Numbered from the stretch's first letter, positions 1 to 12,047 are shown. The stretch is DNA of 64,000 bases from Eledone cirrhosa (GCA_964016885.1 OZ024743.1:159898001-159962000); one strand, 5' to 3'. The notes: generated from the letters alone by a model not told the origin. A program made the numbers and translations.

Positions 1-560
1 ATAAAAGGAGATACTGATAAGACTTGCCCTGGTCACTTCCACCATGGTAAAGCTGAATGTCATATGCAGGTCCATCAATTTTCCAATGAGAAGTTCTTGA
101 TGACTTCGATCCTTTTGTAAGGGTGTCAGAGGTGGACACTCACACCAGTCTTGGAATGAAAAATCCAGTCATTCGTGCGTACTGGCTTCGGATGGTGGAG
201 CACAAAACAAACATCTTTGTCAGGTAGCAATTCACCAAACATGCTGGCAGACAAGAACCACTCACTGCAATAGTGAGAAGACGGATGTTTGTCTGGTATG
301 TTCAGGTATCCCGTATAAATCTTTGACTAAAACCATCATTTAGGGTACAGTCGAGACAGGAAGAAGGAGTGACAAAGAAAATCTTGGTCCGACAACATCA
401 AAGACTGGACAGGTCGCAACACCATGACCCTTATATACATGACTGAGACCGGCGGCGACGGCGGATTACCAAAGTAACTAGAGTGATACCCCCAACAATT
501 CGCTGCACCAGTTGAGGGAACATGATTGATTGAAAAGAAAACTCATGAATACAGAAAACG
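1..560 (-). mobile_element. Possible highly degenerate Gypsy-type integrase C-terminal relic
   Basis: Hand translation across frameshifts gives fragments such as ELLGIT, CPPLTPL and KNFSLE..DG, reminiscent of the Ty3/Gypsy integrase tail. No open ORF. Confidence 0.3.
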
Positions 561-1072
561 TCCATGGAGTTTTATCCTTACATGGTCATATACACATCGA
601 AGATCCACCTAAAAGAATAATATATACATCAGGCATAGAACAAGACTCTCAAGATATACTCAAGTAGGCTGGTTCCTCTTTTCTCTCTCTCGTCTACGAT
701 TTCACAGAACTTATGTTCACCGAATTCACGGACTGGACTCCTTCTTCCGCCCGTTTGACCTGTGCAGAATTCCTTCTTTGCTCACATTTCGACTAAGTTT
801 GATGGTCTTTATTCTCTCTCGTTCACGATTTCACCGAACTTATATTCATGGAAATCTGGGACTGACTCTTTCTTCCTCACTTTTCGTTGCTTTACCATCT
901 TTGTTTGTTTACACTCTCGCTCGTTCCACTTATTTACGTGTCCCAACGACTTTCTTTAGCCGTGGCTCGCACCAACCGGAGGTATATGGTCTTTAAAGCG
1001 ATGAAATACCAATGATGGTTGGAAGATCACTGATGAACGACTAACTTTATTCATATATATATATATATAATT

Positions 1073-2065
1073 GGAAAAAATGAAATTTCATTTCTCACTC
1101 TTAGTACGGCTAATACTTAAATATAAGTATGTATACCTACATACATATATGTATACATACGTACAGTAGTATATATATACATATATACAGGCACACATAT
1201 ATATATATATATGTATGTACGTATGGGTTTACCGAACATTTATTATAATGCTCGGTTTGTTTGTAAAGAAACAGCCCGAATTATTAGTCGTAGAGTGTTC
1301 GGTAACCATCGTTGCCATTTTGGTCAACACTGACAAAGAAACGATGTACTAGCTTCTAGCTTATTAGCTGTCATCAGTACCGTATACGTTCCTCTCAATT
1401 GATTGATCGTTTGAAAGTATATACTTTCCTTATGCATATTAACGGCTGACCAGCATAATTTGCATATCGAGTCAGTCAGTCGGCCGGGCGTACCGAAAAT
1501 GGTAAATGAAAAAAAAAAATTACAAACAAACCAGCATTATAATAAATGTTCAGTAAACCCATACGTACATATATATATGTGTTCATGTATGTATTTATAT
1601 ACAGACTACTGTACGTCTGTATACATATGTGTATATACGTATACATACTTATATTTAAGTATCAGCAGTACTAAAAGTGAGAAATGAAATTTCATTTTTT
1701 CCATTTATCGTTTTCGGTACGCCCGGCCGACGGACACACTCGATATGCAACTTAGGCTGCTCAGCCGTTAATATGCATAAGGAAACTATATACTTTCAAA
1801 CGTTCAATCAACTGACAGGAAGGGATACGGTGCTGATGACAGCTAATAAGCTAGAAACTAGTACATCGTTTCTTTGTCAGTGGTGACCAAAATGGCAACA
1901 ATGGTTGCCGAACACTCTACGGCTAATAATTCGGGCTGTTTGTATTACAAACAAACCGAGTATTTGGTAAACCCACATGTACATATATATATATGTGTGC
2001 ATATATGTATGTATATACATACTACTGTACGCCTGTATACATATATATATATGTACGTATAATAC
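1073..2065. mobile_element. Retrozyme-like family R1: ~440-bp HHR-bearing monomer, one minus copy (1073-1510) joined to ~1.2 plus copies (1520-2065), between (TA)n tracts
   Basis: The two halves are circularly permuted reverse complements of each other. Each carries the same hammerhead. The family recurs at 57250-59455. Confidence 0.85.
1828..1868 (+). ncRNA. Minimal type I hammerhead ribozyme (R1)
   Basis: cggtg-CTGATGA-c-agct-aata-agct-a-GAAAC-TA-GTA-catcg: stem I cggtg/catcg, stem II agct/agct, palindromic stem III ACTAGT, cleavage triplet GUA. Confidence 0.9.
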
Positions 2066-2078
2066 TTATATTTATATA

Positions 2079-2254
<176 letters not shown>

Positions 2255-2261
2255 AACATAC

Positions 2262-2660
2262 GGTGTATTGCAAAATACACTATATATACATTCATATATA
2301 TATATATATAGCTATTTCAGAGCACAAATTCTAATTTTCAATTTCTGCTTGACCGGCAACCGCTCTGTATAATCAGTTCCTGATTATTTACTAGAATTCT
2401 ATAAGAACCAAAACATCCATGATTTCAGCAAATAGGAGGAGTACTTGGCTTTGATAAGCATCAATAAATGCGAAACAAGGCCTTGTCAGCTTTATATCCC
2501 GCTGTTTGCTGAAATTAAAGTAAGTGAGTCTGTTACTACTCTAAAACAATAGCATAAGGTTTTCGAAATGCGTTTAATTAAGCATACAGTGTATTGCAAA
2601 ATACACTATACATACATTCATATATATATAGCTATTTCAGAGGACAAATTCTAATTTTAT
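2262..2660 (+). mobile_element. Retrozyme-like element, ~320-bp monomer with ~75-bp terminal redundancy
   Basis: Direct repeat gtgtattgcaaaatacac...aaattctaatttt at ~2263-2338 and ~2589-2658, with an HHR between. Follows a long (TA)n tract. Confidence 0.75.
2422..2515 (+). ncRNA. Type I hammerhead with U3-A8 core variant
   Basis: gct-TTGATAA-gcat-caataa-atgc-GAAAC-AAGGCCTT-GTC-agc. Distal stem I atttcagcaaatag (2422) pairs with ctgtttgctgaaat (2502). Confidence 0.8.
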
Positions 2661-2871
2661 ATATACATATATTCTTATAGCCTGGTCGAATTGATTTTTT
2701 GTGTGGTTAATTATGCTGATTGGGAGTAGAGATGATGTATATATATTATCAAATAATTCTCTGGACATGCTTTACTCTATAGTATATATATATATATATA
2801 GGTAGATATATAAAGAGACATGAATAGACACAACCATTGGTTTTGCTGCTGCTACTGCTACTATGCTAATA

Positions 2872-3058
2872 ATTGTGTCTAATTTTGGCACAAGGCCAGC
2901 AATTACTGCAGTGCATTACTGTTACTTTATTTTATCGACCCCATGATGAAAGGTAAATTCAACCTCGGCGGGATTTGAACTCAGAATGGAAACTGCCGTA
3001 ACTCTATGCGTCAAAGCAACACGTCAGACCCTCTACCGATACTGCCAATCCACCGCCC
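2872..3058 (-). mobile_element. tRNA-derived SINE (octopod-type)
   Basis: Reverse complement matches the SINE at 42095: ggcggtggattggcagtatcgg head, gagttcaaatcc B box, cctttcatc..gggtcgataaa body. Confidence 0.85.
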
Positions 3059-6000
3059 TACTATGCTAATAGTTGTTTCTTATATAGCCACAAGGCCAGC
3101 AATTTTGGCGGAAGGGAAAGTAACTCCGTATGGGCACTGTCGTGATATATTTGGCAATTTTAGAATTGGCGGAACCCGACCAATCTTCGAGTCTGAACAC
3201 AACTGAAAGAGAGAGAGGGGGGGGGAGAAAGGCAGAGGGAGGGGGAGAGAGAGTTAGAGAGAGAGAACGAATCGACGCAATTGTTGGACTGGTATGTCTT
3301 TTCTCCAACTCGAATAAATGAAAGGCAAAATTGACCTCAAGTTAATAATTATCGCCAACAATTTTAAATATGATGCTTTATGTATTTGGCAACATAGACT
3401 CTATACATGTATACATACGTTTTATAGAATATTATTACAAACAAACACATTGATGTTTACATATACAAAAAACATATAAAATGTAATTTGAATATATACC
3501 AATAAAAGAAAACGTTTGAAATACGTCCACCATACAACATTTTCCAGTATATCTGTCAAAGTAAAACTGCCTGCCATTTCATACTAAATAAAGAGTGCAG
3601 AGAGCGATCTTTACAAAAGACTCGGCAGAGAGCCAGGTCCGTCCTAACTGCACCAAGAATTGTTCGACATATATGCACAGGTCATCAAAGTTCGGTTTTG
3701 CCGTTCTGCGTGCATCTAGTACTCTACCCAATATACAGAACTATGTGGAGATTAAATGAAAAAAGAAACCTTTCGAAAAATTGCTAAGAACCCTAGGAGT
3801 TAATTTTGTATGGAATAAATTACATAATAGCGGGCCTTCGTCGAATTGATTAAATATTTTGTTTCCATGCCAGATATCTATTGAACTGCCAACGAATTGA
3901 TACATAGGAGAGTGTTTTTATATAAAGCGAAGCCACGTGACCACCACTTAAGAATTCTAGCAGATGCCGTAGCCTCAGCCTCAGCCTGTGCAAATTCAAA
4001 TACCGTATACCCAATGTTCCGATTAAAGGATTTCAACCGATGATGGGCAGTTTAATAAGGGGAATGAACCACAGGCTCCAATTTAATCGGATGAAAACTG
4101 TTTAGAGGGTAATAATTTTCGGAGCCAGGGAATGCGTTCATCACTTCTCTCTGATCTTACAGGAATAATTTTCTCCGAACCTGGTCGTGACCACCTAAAT
4201 TTCACCAGGATCTGCTTTTCTTCGTGTCAAGAAATCCCTGTTACTTCCTTGCATTCATTTAACCTTTTATCGATCACGGTTTCTTTATTGTCCGACATCA
4301 TAGCAATACCTTTGTCTGCGTATGCCGACATAAGTGTATCATGGTTTAGCAGCCGAGTTCGTGCGATATTAGCTTCAACCCTCTTCCTCCTGTACAAATG
4401 GATGAAGAACCAAAACTTAGACGAACACTGAGTGTGTGCGCTTTGATAGACCTTGCATGCCATTCAAAACGGTTGTGGTATGTAACCATTTACTCTGAAC
4501 GACGGGAAGATTTGCTCCATATTAAAGTGAAACAATTAGACATCACTGATGACAGAAAGTCACCCTTATCAAAAGATTTGCATTTACCTAAGTAGATCAG
4601 AGCAGTAATGAAGTTAGCTGTCGTCGATGTATCAGATAAGATGTGTTTGGCGTGGAAAAATCTGTCGGTAAACATGTATATCAGTGCAAACCAGGCCATA
4701 CTAGCAAAGACAAACGCCAGGCTCTATTTAAAAAATTTCGCAGTCTAAAGTTTTGCGTTCAGCAGAGTTATGAAGCGGAAAATATCAGTGATGTCCGTCT
4801 TATTTATCATCTACCTTAGTGTTATAACCACATTAGGGTTACCCCTAATGGGAATGTTTCTAGTGTAAGCAGTTTTGACACGCGTCTCTCAAGATCATCC
4901 AAGCCCGATGATTTGTTTTTTAACGCACACACACAAGTCGACAAAGGTACATCAACTACCCATAACCATTTTTAGTAACACTCCACTCATTTCGCTGAAA
5001 GCCACAGCATGTCGTTTAGATAGGTGTGTTTGACGTCAAAGAAATGTCCATGCGTCATTCTCGCTGGCAGTACATTAGCCACAATGCCATAACTTATTGC
5101 AGCTCATAATCTCCTGACAAGCTCCTATCTCCAATATAGTGCTATATTGCTACAATCGTGTTATATTCTACCGATTTTGCTCTAATGTTCTTTCCTGAAA
5201 AGACATGCCATCTCTTGTTTAAGATCCTTCCAGCCCAAACCTGCTAAACTATTTCGCTATTTCGTTTACTGCAGGATTTGCAAGGGAGTCTTGGTGCATT
5301 CAACTTCCAGATACTCTCTATACGCGCTAACTAGATACACTATGCATATCATAAACTGCTGTCTGTGTTATCAGGATTTAAATATCAATGACGACAAAAA
5401 CGACAAGAAAGACGACATCACTAACACCATCATCATCAACAACCACAAAAACCACCACAACAGCAACTATAGCACAAGCAGTGTCAAGGGTTTAAAGTAC
5501 AAACGTAAAATGCCGTACTTGGATATAAAAAAACCCACTTAATCCGTTATTCAATCGTTTCTGTCGCACCAGGCTCTATTGTAAGAATGATTTCAGTTTT
5601 AGGTTCAATAACACGCATTTTAGTCGTATAGAAGAGTAGTTAGATTTCAGTATATGACACATGTCTTTTTACCGATCCCAGAAAGAGAAAAACAAAGTTA
5701 ATCGCTGAGGGATGTGATCTCAGATTGTGAAACGTCTAGAGTACATAGCCCAATACAGTACACTACTTATTCCAGCAGTTGACAACTCCAGTTGACATCG
5801 CTTCGTTTACTATAAATAATCAATATATCTCTACGAACAAGAAGAAACACATTAGATAATATGGTTCGGAGTACATGTCTAAAAAGATAGAAAACACGAG
5901 GGTCACGTCTTGGATGAATTTGATTATGTCTACTGAAACAAGATTGACTCGAGGCTAATTATTAAATACATGTGCAAAACAATAGTGAAAACTCTAATGA

Positions 6001-6169
6001 GTAGTCTACAAAATATTTTTAATAAATGTCGATCAAGTGAAAGTAAACAATATTTATCATAGATACGCCCAGGAGAAGAAATGTGCAGCTGATTCTCATT
6101 ATTTGATTATAGTCATAACTATATTATTAATAACTGATTAATAATTGATCTTTGATTTCATATCATCGT

Positions 6170-6304
6170 TAATGAATGATGAAGGATGTTACATCATACA
6201 ACAATGCGATGTAAACAGACAAAGCATAAACAGTAACAAATACTCTGATTTTTTATGTATTTATTTACAAATGCAACCTATAGACAATCTAATATATATA
6301 AAAG

Positions 6305-6369
<65 letters not shown>

Positions 6370-6491
6370 TAGCTTGTCTATAGGTTGCATTTGTAAATAA
6401 ATACATATAAAATCAGTGTATTTGTTACTGTTTATGCTTTGTCTGTTTACATCGCATTTTTGTATGACATAACATCCTTCATCATTCATTA
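6170..6491. repeat. ~124-bp inverted repeat flanking a central (TA)n (tail-to-tail PLE 3' ends)
   Basis: 6170-6293 is the reverse complement of 6368-6491 with few mismatches. The right arm is contiguous with the 3' end of the minus-strand PLE. Confidence 0.85.
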
Positions 6492-9090
6492 TAGTTTACT
6501 TGAAGTCTTTTACCTTAAATGTATTTGAATATCCTTAATTTTTCGGAGGGAAGTAAAGGGGTTAATCCAGTGTTCTAATTAGCTTGCCAAGTGATGCTGA
6601 AGGAAATAGTAAAGAAATTCCATTCTATTTCTAATGTCAAAGAGTGAAGGTTAGGTTGATAAAGTGTTGCCTCTCCCTTTAAAATGGTTTGGACATTTGT
6701 GTCTAAGTGTGTGTGGGAGAATACGTAAAGGTGTAAGCATGTGTGTGTGTGTGCATGTGTGTGTGTGTGTGTGTGAATGTGGGAGGACATGTTTATATGT
6801 AAATGTGGGGGTTAGATGCTCTATCATGTTAAAACTGGTCTATGTGTGTGTGAGAGAGAATAAGTGAAGGTGTAGGCGTACGTGTGTGTGTGCGTGTGTG
6901 TGTGAGTTGGTACGTGGAGGTGTAAGTGTTGGGGCTAGTTGCTCTACCATGTTAAAAATTGGGTGTTGAGTTCTAGTCTGATATTGATTGGTGGTTGTGT
7001 TTTGTCTATAATAAGTGCTTCTTTAATTCTAAGATTGCCGAGGTTTCTTTCCTTAGATTCTATCCTAACTGTTATGTTTTTGTCGGTGTTTTTGCATCTC
7101 ACTACGTGTTTCTTAAATGAGGAAGCGTTAGTGTTGAGGTGTTCTTTTATTCTAATGTGAAGTGGTCCGGTGGTGCTACCTATGTAAAAAATGCTGCATT
7201 TGTCGCTCTCTAATCGTATACGACGTAAGCCTGGTGGCATAGGTCTGTGTTATCGATGGGGAAGTTGGCTAGCCTGCAGCGGCTGTCATGTCTGGTGGAG
7301 TGTCGTTTGGTTAGCTGTCCGCATAGAGAAGGTCCTGAGTGGGCTAGCTGGATATCTACGCCCTCTCGATTGATAACTCTGCGGATGGCTGTTGTTTTTC
7401 GTCACTGAAGCGTCGGAGCTTCAGGAAGCAGGTGTTAATGCCTCGGGTGTGGTTTCCTCTGTTGTTTCTGGCACGGTTCGCGGTGGAAGTCGGGTATGCG
7501 TTCAGTTTAAGTACTTCTAGGAAATGTGTGGTGTGTGTTTCCCGGTCTCTTGCGTCGGTGCATCTGTTCTGAACACGTGTTAGTTCGTTCCTTATGTATC
7601 CGAACTTATCGCTGACTGGGAGGGCTGATCTGAAATGTACGCACAGGTCCCTGCTGGCAGCTTTTTTATAGAAGCAGGTGTGGATGTCGCCTTCCTCTCT
7701 TATCCTGAGTTGGAAGTCCATTAGGGATAGGAATCCGCGGTCACCGGGTGTTCCATGCTGAACTTTATATTGGCGTCCATGATGGAGAATGTCATGTATA
7801 TTTTATCCGCTTCTTCACGGGATGATGTAACGATGAGTATGTCATATATGTATCGGGTTAAGAAGGTATAGGAATGGCAGCTGTTGAGGGCTCGGCATTC
7901 CAGCTAGTTCATATAAGTTATGGCCAGCAGGCCCGATAGGCTGGATCCCATGGGTAATCCTGTTGTCTGTCTGTATGTGTGGTGGTGGAAGGTGAGTACG
8001 TGTTGTCCTCTGTGAAGGACAAAAGCTGGTGTATGTCGGTCGGATGGAGGCCGTAGCAGTGGACGTCTTCTGCAACCACGCAGTCCGTCAATAAATCAAC
8101 AGCTGGAAGAGCGGGGACTGTAGTGTAGAGGGATACAACGTCGAGACTAAAGGCATATCTATTAAATTTAAGTTGCTCTGGCTGGAGTTGGTGTAGTCTA
8201 CATATGACCTCGTCGGAGCTACTGACATGCCCGGGAAAGGTGGAGAGTAGAGGCTTGAGGACCTGGGAGAGGAGCCAGGATATTTTGTATAGGTGCCCTT
8301 CTATGCTAGAGACGATGGGTCGTATTTGTGTCTTAGTACTATTCTTGTGGGTCTTGATGAGGTGATAGAAAGTGGGGGGTCTCCTATTTCTAGTTGTGTA
8401 ATTGAACTACTACAGATGTCGAACCAGATGGAGTTGGCTTATTTTTCGATCTGGGCTGCAGCTATGTCCGAGACCTCTGTATACATTTCGTTGTCGCTTA
8501 AGTGTTCAAAGGCTAGATTGCTGTATGTGGCTTGAGAGATGACACAAAACTCTTTACATTTGTAGGATGGTAAGTATATGAGTTCCCTATTCCGCAGGTT
8601 ATTCAGGGTTATTCAGAGTTGTTGCGTCCTGGAGCGGTTTGCGACTATCTTCTTCTGTTTCCGTAAGATGTTAAATACGGAATGTTTTAGCCTCGAGAGT
8701 TTCTCTTCCAGCTCGCAGTTGGCAGACGGTGGACAGAGTGGGCGGTCCAGTTGGTATATCGGGAATCTGGTTGTGTTAGACTCCGTGGTGCTGTTGTCGA
8801 GGGTCGATATCCATTTTAGTTGCTAGGCGGCCCGACAGAAATTCGTTTCTATGTCGATCCATAATTTGTCGTCCAGTCTCTGTTTCAATATGAACTTGGA
8901 ACCCAGGCTGAGGAGGTCTAGTTCATCTCGAGAGAGGGATCCTGTCAAGTCTGTGACGAAGTGTTTTGCGTCAGGTGTGTTGTTGGTCAGGGCGCCGCTA
9001 GGTTCGATGTTGGTACCGTCTTCTTCGCCGATGTTGGTGTTTAGCGTTGGGTTGTTGTTAGGACGGTCAACCGTGCTGAGTTTGAGAAAT
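6368..9090 (-). mobile_element. Degenerate Penelope-like retroelement (RT + GIY-YIG), Penelope/Poseidon-like
   Basis: ORF 6944-7240 has FYIGSTTGPLHIRIKEHL...LRIKEALIIDKTQPPIN (GIY-YIG). ORF 7356-7721 is the RT thumb (DFQLRIREEGDIHTCFYKK). Catalytic motif relic RYIYDIL near 7850. N-terminal LSRDELDLLSLGSKF near 8900. Frameshifted. Confidence 0.9.
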
Positions 9091-9092
9091 TT

Positions 9093-9685
9093 TTGGATTA
9101 TCTATTTGTTTTGGGATCTGAAACCGCGGTAAAGGGACATATAGTCAGTACAGTGAATTTGTTGAAATTTATTTAGAAATTTTTTCTTTATTTGCTTTCC
9201 TTGATTTTATATGTTCTGGCTTGTAAATTTATTAACTTGCCATTGAACAACACGGGCATGCGGTCGGACCATACTTGTATCCCTATGTGTATTATTTACA
9301 TGACGGAACACATTCTTTTATTATTATTCTCCCCAATGGTAGTGAAAACTTTGGTCATTTGAACGGCTGCTATTTTTAGTAGCAAGAGATTGACCTGGCC
9401 ACCTTGCTTTCAGTCTTTGCACACGGTACTAGACAAAATTGTTTCATCATTCATTTGCTGGGGCAGTTTTGAATGGAGCCAGTTTGTATTTTGAACTCGG
9501 GAATTTTATATTCTCCGAGAGAGAGAAGCCTTCTGACGAGGATCTCTTTCTCAATGTAAATCCGCTTGGATTATCTATTTGTTTTGGGATCTGAAACCGC
9601 AGTAAAAGCACATATAGTAAGTACAGTGAATGTTTTGAAATTTATTTTAAATTGTTTTCTATATTTGCTTTCCCTTGATTTTATA
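9093..9685 (+). mobile_element. Retrozyme-like element, 473-bp monomer (~1.25 copies) with HHR at 9528-9609
   Basis: Direct repeat ttggattatctatttg... at 9093 and 9566. HHR gcctt-CTGACGA-ggatctc...gggatct-GAAAC-CGC(G/A)-GTA-aaagc. Ends in (TA)n. Confidence 0.8.
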
Positions 9686-9778
9686 TATATATATATTTCG
9701 TTTCTGAATACGTTTAGCAAGATTCTTTATCTGAAAACGTGTGTTGAAACCGATATTGTTATACTTTGGGAGGGTCAT

Positions 9779-10223
9779 GTTGCCAATAAGAAACACACGC
9801 ACCAGTTGCTTTCACTCCAATTTATTATAAATTCAATTTACAAATTTAAGAATTTATAAATTTCCGGTTGGTTGGCTGGTTCCACAACCAGACGATTGTT
9901 CATATATTGTCAAAATTCTTTCGTCACACATTCTGTGACCTCTTGAGTGACTGGCGATTCTTTTCTTTGTTTTTGTGCCTCTCCTTTGTTCTGTCCTACG
10001 CCATCTTGTTTTTGCGTAGGACAGAACAAAAGAGAGGCACAAAAACAAAGAAAAGAATCGCCAGTCACTCAAGAGGTCACAGAATGTGTGACGAAAGAAT
10101 TTTGACAATATATGAACAATCGTCTGGTTGTGGAACCAACCAACCAACCGGAAATTTATAAATTCTTAAATTTATAATAAATTGGAGTGAAAGCAACTGG
10201 TGCGTGTGTTTCTTATTGGCAAC
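9779..10223. repeat. Near-perfect ~215-bp-arm fold-back hairpin element
   Basis: Arms 9779-10001 and 10014-10223, 12-nt spacer, one 13-nt indel. The left arm continues as a ~90-nt tail; related tail fragments at ~11850 and ~33490-33545. Confidence 0.92.
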
Positions 10224-10272
10224 GTATAACAATATATATTGGCAAAGTATAACAATATATATATATAATAAT

Positions 10273-10477
10273 AATAAATGTAATCTAAGTTTTCCGAATA
10301 TTAGTAATAACATTCGATTCGTTTGCAATTATGCAAACAAGCCTCAATTTTATAGCCATGTCAATAGAATGAACACTTCATTCTACTAACATGGCTATCA
10401 AATTGAGGCTTGTTTGCTTAATCGCAAACAAATCGAATATTTTTATTAATATTCGAAAAGCTCAGATTACATTTATT
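10273..10477. repeat. Diverged fold-back palindrome centred at 10375
   Basis: aataaatgtaatct...gaatgaa-cac-ttcattc...agattacatttatt, flanked by (TA)n. No HHR core recognised. Confidence 0.85.
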
Positions 10478-10531
10478 GTATTCAGCCATGTAGAGCGAAA
10501 TTTTAATACATATATATATATATATATATAT

Positions 10532-11815
10532 ATTGAAAGAGTGAAGAATAACATGGTCAACAGTACAAAAAAGGGGGTTTATTTACAGTATAACATTTGT
10601 TTCACTGATTAAGTTGTCTAAAAATTGCCGAACACTTGAAGCTGTGCCACTCAATTTTAAATACGTTTTTAGCTTAATCAGATCATCAGAGAAACTGTTA
10701 AAATATGTTCAGTTTTAACAAATTCAAATTACAACATCATTAATAAAGATAGAGAGAAAAAAGAAAGTGAGATAGAGAGAAAAAAAGAAAAAGAAAAAGG
10801 AGAAAATGAAAAAAGAGAAAGATATAGAGAAAGATGAGAGAGAGAAAAGAGGAGAGAAAGAGAAGAGAAAAGGATAAATAAAAATAAAAGGTAAATAAAA
10901 ATAAAAATTAAAATAAAGGGAAAAATAATGATATCAACAATAAATGAATAAATGCTAATAAACAAGTTACATCGAGGATGATACAAAACAATACAAAATA
11001 TGAAAATAAATAAATAAATAATGCTTATATGTGCGAAGAAAAGTAAACATAGTATGATTATTGAGAGTAGTTGTGGTGTTGATGGCTAAAATTTAGAGAT
11101 ACGAAAGTATAAACATGAAAATGTTAAATAAATTCATGTATGTATTCGTTATTTTAATATATTAATTAGATAATAAATTACTTATTTGATTAATTAATTG
11201 TAAGTTATATTAGAAGTAAAAATAATACGATAAGATATAATGTAAGAGATGAAATAAATTTAGGGAGAGAAATAGAAAGATAGAAAATGAAAGAGAGAAA
11301 ATATAAAATATAAAAGGTTATGATGTTGGTTCATTGACAGTTGATGACAATAATAATAATAATTGTTTCTACTTTTGGCACAAGGCCATCAATTACCCAG
11401 TGCATTACTGGTACTTTATTTTATCGACCCCGATAAGGATGAAGGGCAAAGTTAACCTCGGCGTGATATGAACTCAGACCGCAACTATGCTGGAAAGCAT
11501 GGCGTTCGACCCTCTACCGATACTGCCAATTCACCGCTAATAATAGGTTATTATAACAGGTTATTATAATAGGTTATTATAATAGGTTATTATAATAGAT
11601 TTAAGTCGTACAATTTGAGTTATGGAATAGATGGGGTGAATTAAGTTGGTCTAATATAATCGAATTTGGTCGCCGTTTTATGCCTACAGAAAATAGTTCG
11701 TTCAATTTTGCTGTTAAGTAGCATTTTGTTGTATTGTAAAATTTGGAATAGTTCCATATTACAAAGTCCACAGTGGGACATGCCAATTCTATAGGCCATT
11801 GCTGTTGATAATGTT
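10532..11815 (-). mobile_element. 3' fragment of PLE (GIY-YIG tail, 3' UTR, pLTR with expanded-stem-II HHR at ~10585-10697)
   Basis: Reverse complement aligns along its length with 50600-51780. Minus-strand CTGATGA at 10683-10689 and GAAAC at 10599-10603. Confidence 0.85.
11362..11537 (-). mobile_element. tRNA-derived SINE inserted in the PLE 3' UTR
   Basis: Same family as 42095. Absent from the paralogous position near 50825. Confidence 0.88.
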
Positions 11816-11872
11816 ATCCAGCTGTATGTATGTATATATATATATATTATGCTTTGGGAGGGTCATGTTGCC

Positions 11873-12018
<146 letters not shown>

Positions 12019-12047
12019 ATATATATATATATATTATATATTATATA

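Noticed and set aside
965-1052. Possible HHR in the repeat shared with 13157-13245 (ccaac-CTGAGGT...GAAATACC; downstream CTGATGA)
   Set aside because: Stem III and the cleavage triplet cannot be formed convincingly, and the downstream CTGATGA has no following GAAA.
3590-5290. Coding-like stretch with short minus-strand ORFs and a Cys-rich end, perhaps a DNA transposase relic
   Set aside because: I could not identify a diagnostic motif. A translated search against Repbase/Dfam is needed.
9854-10161. Two near-identical 97-aa ORFs on opposite strands
   Set aside because: An automatic consequence of the DNA palindrome; no recognisable protein motif.
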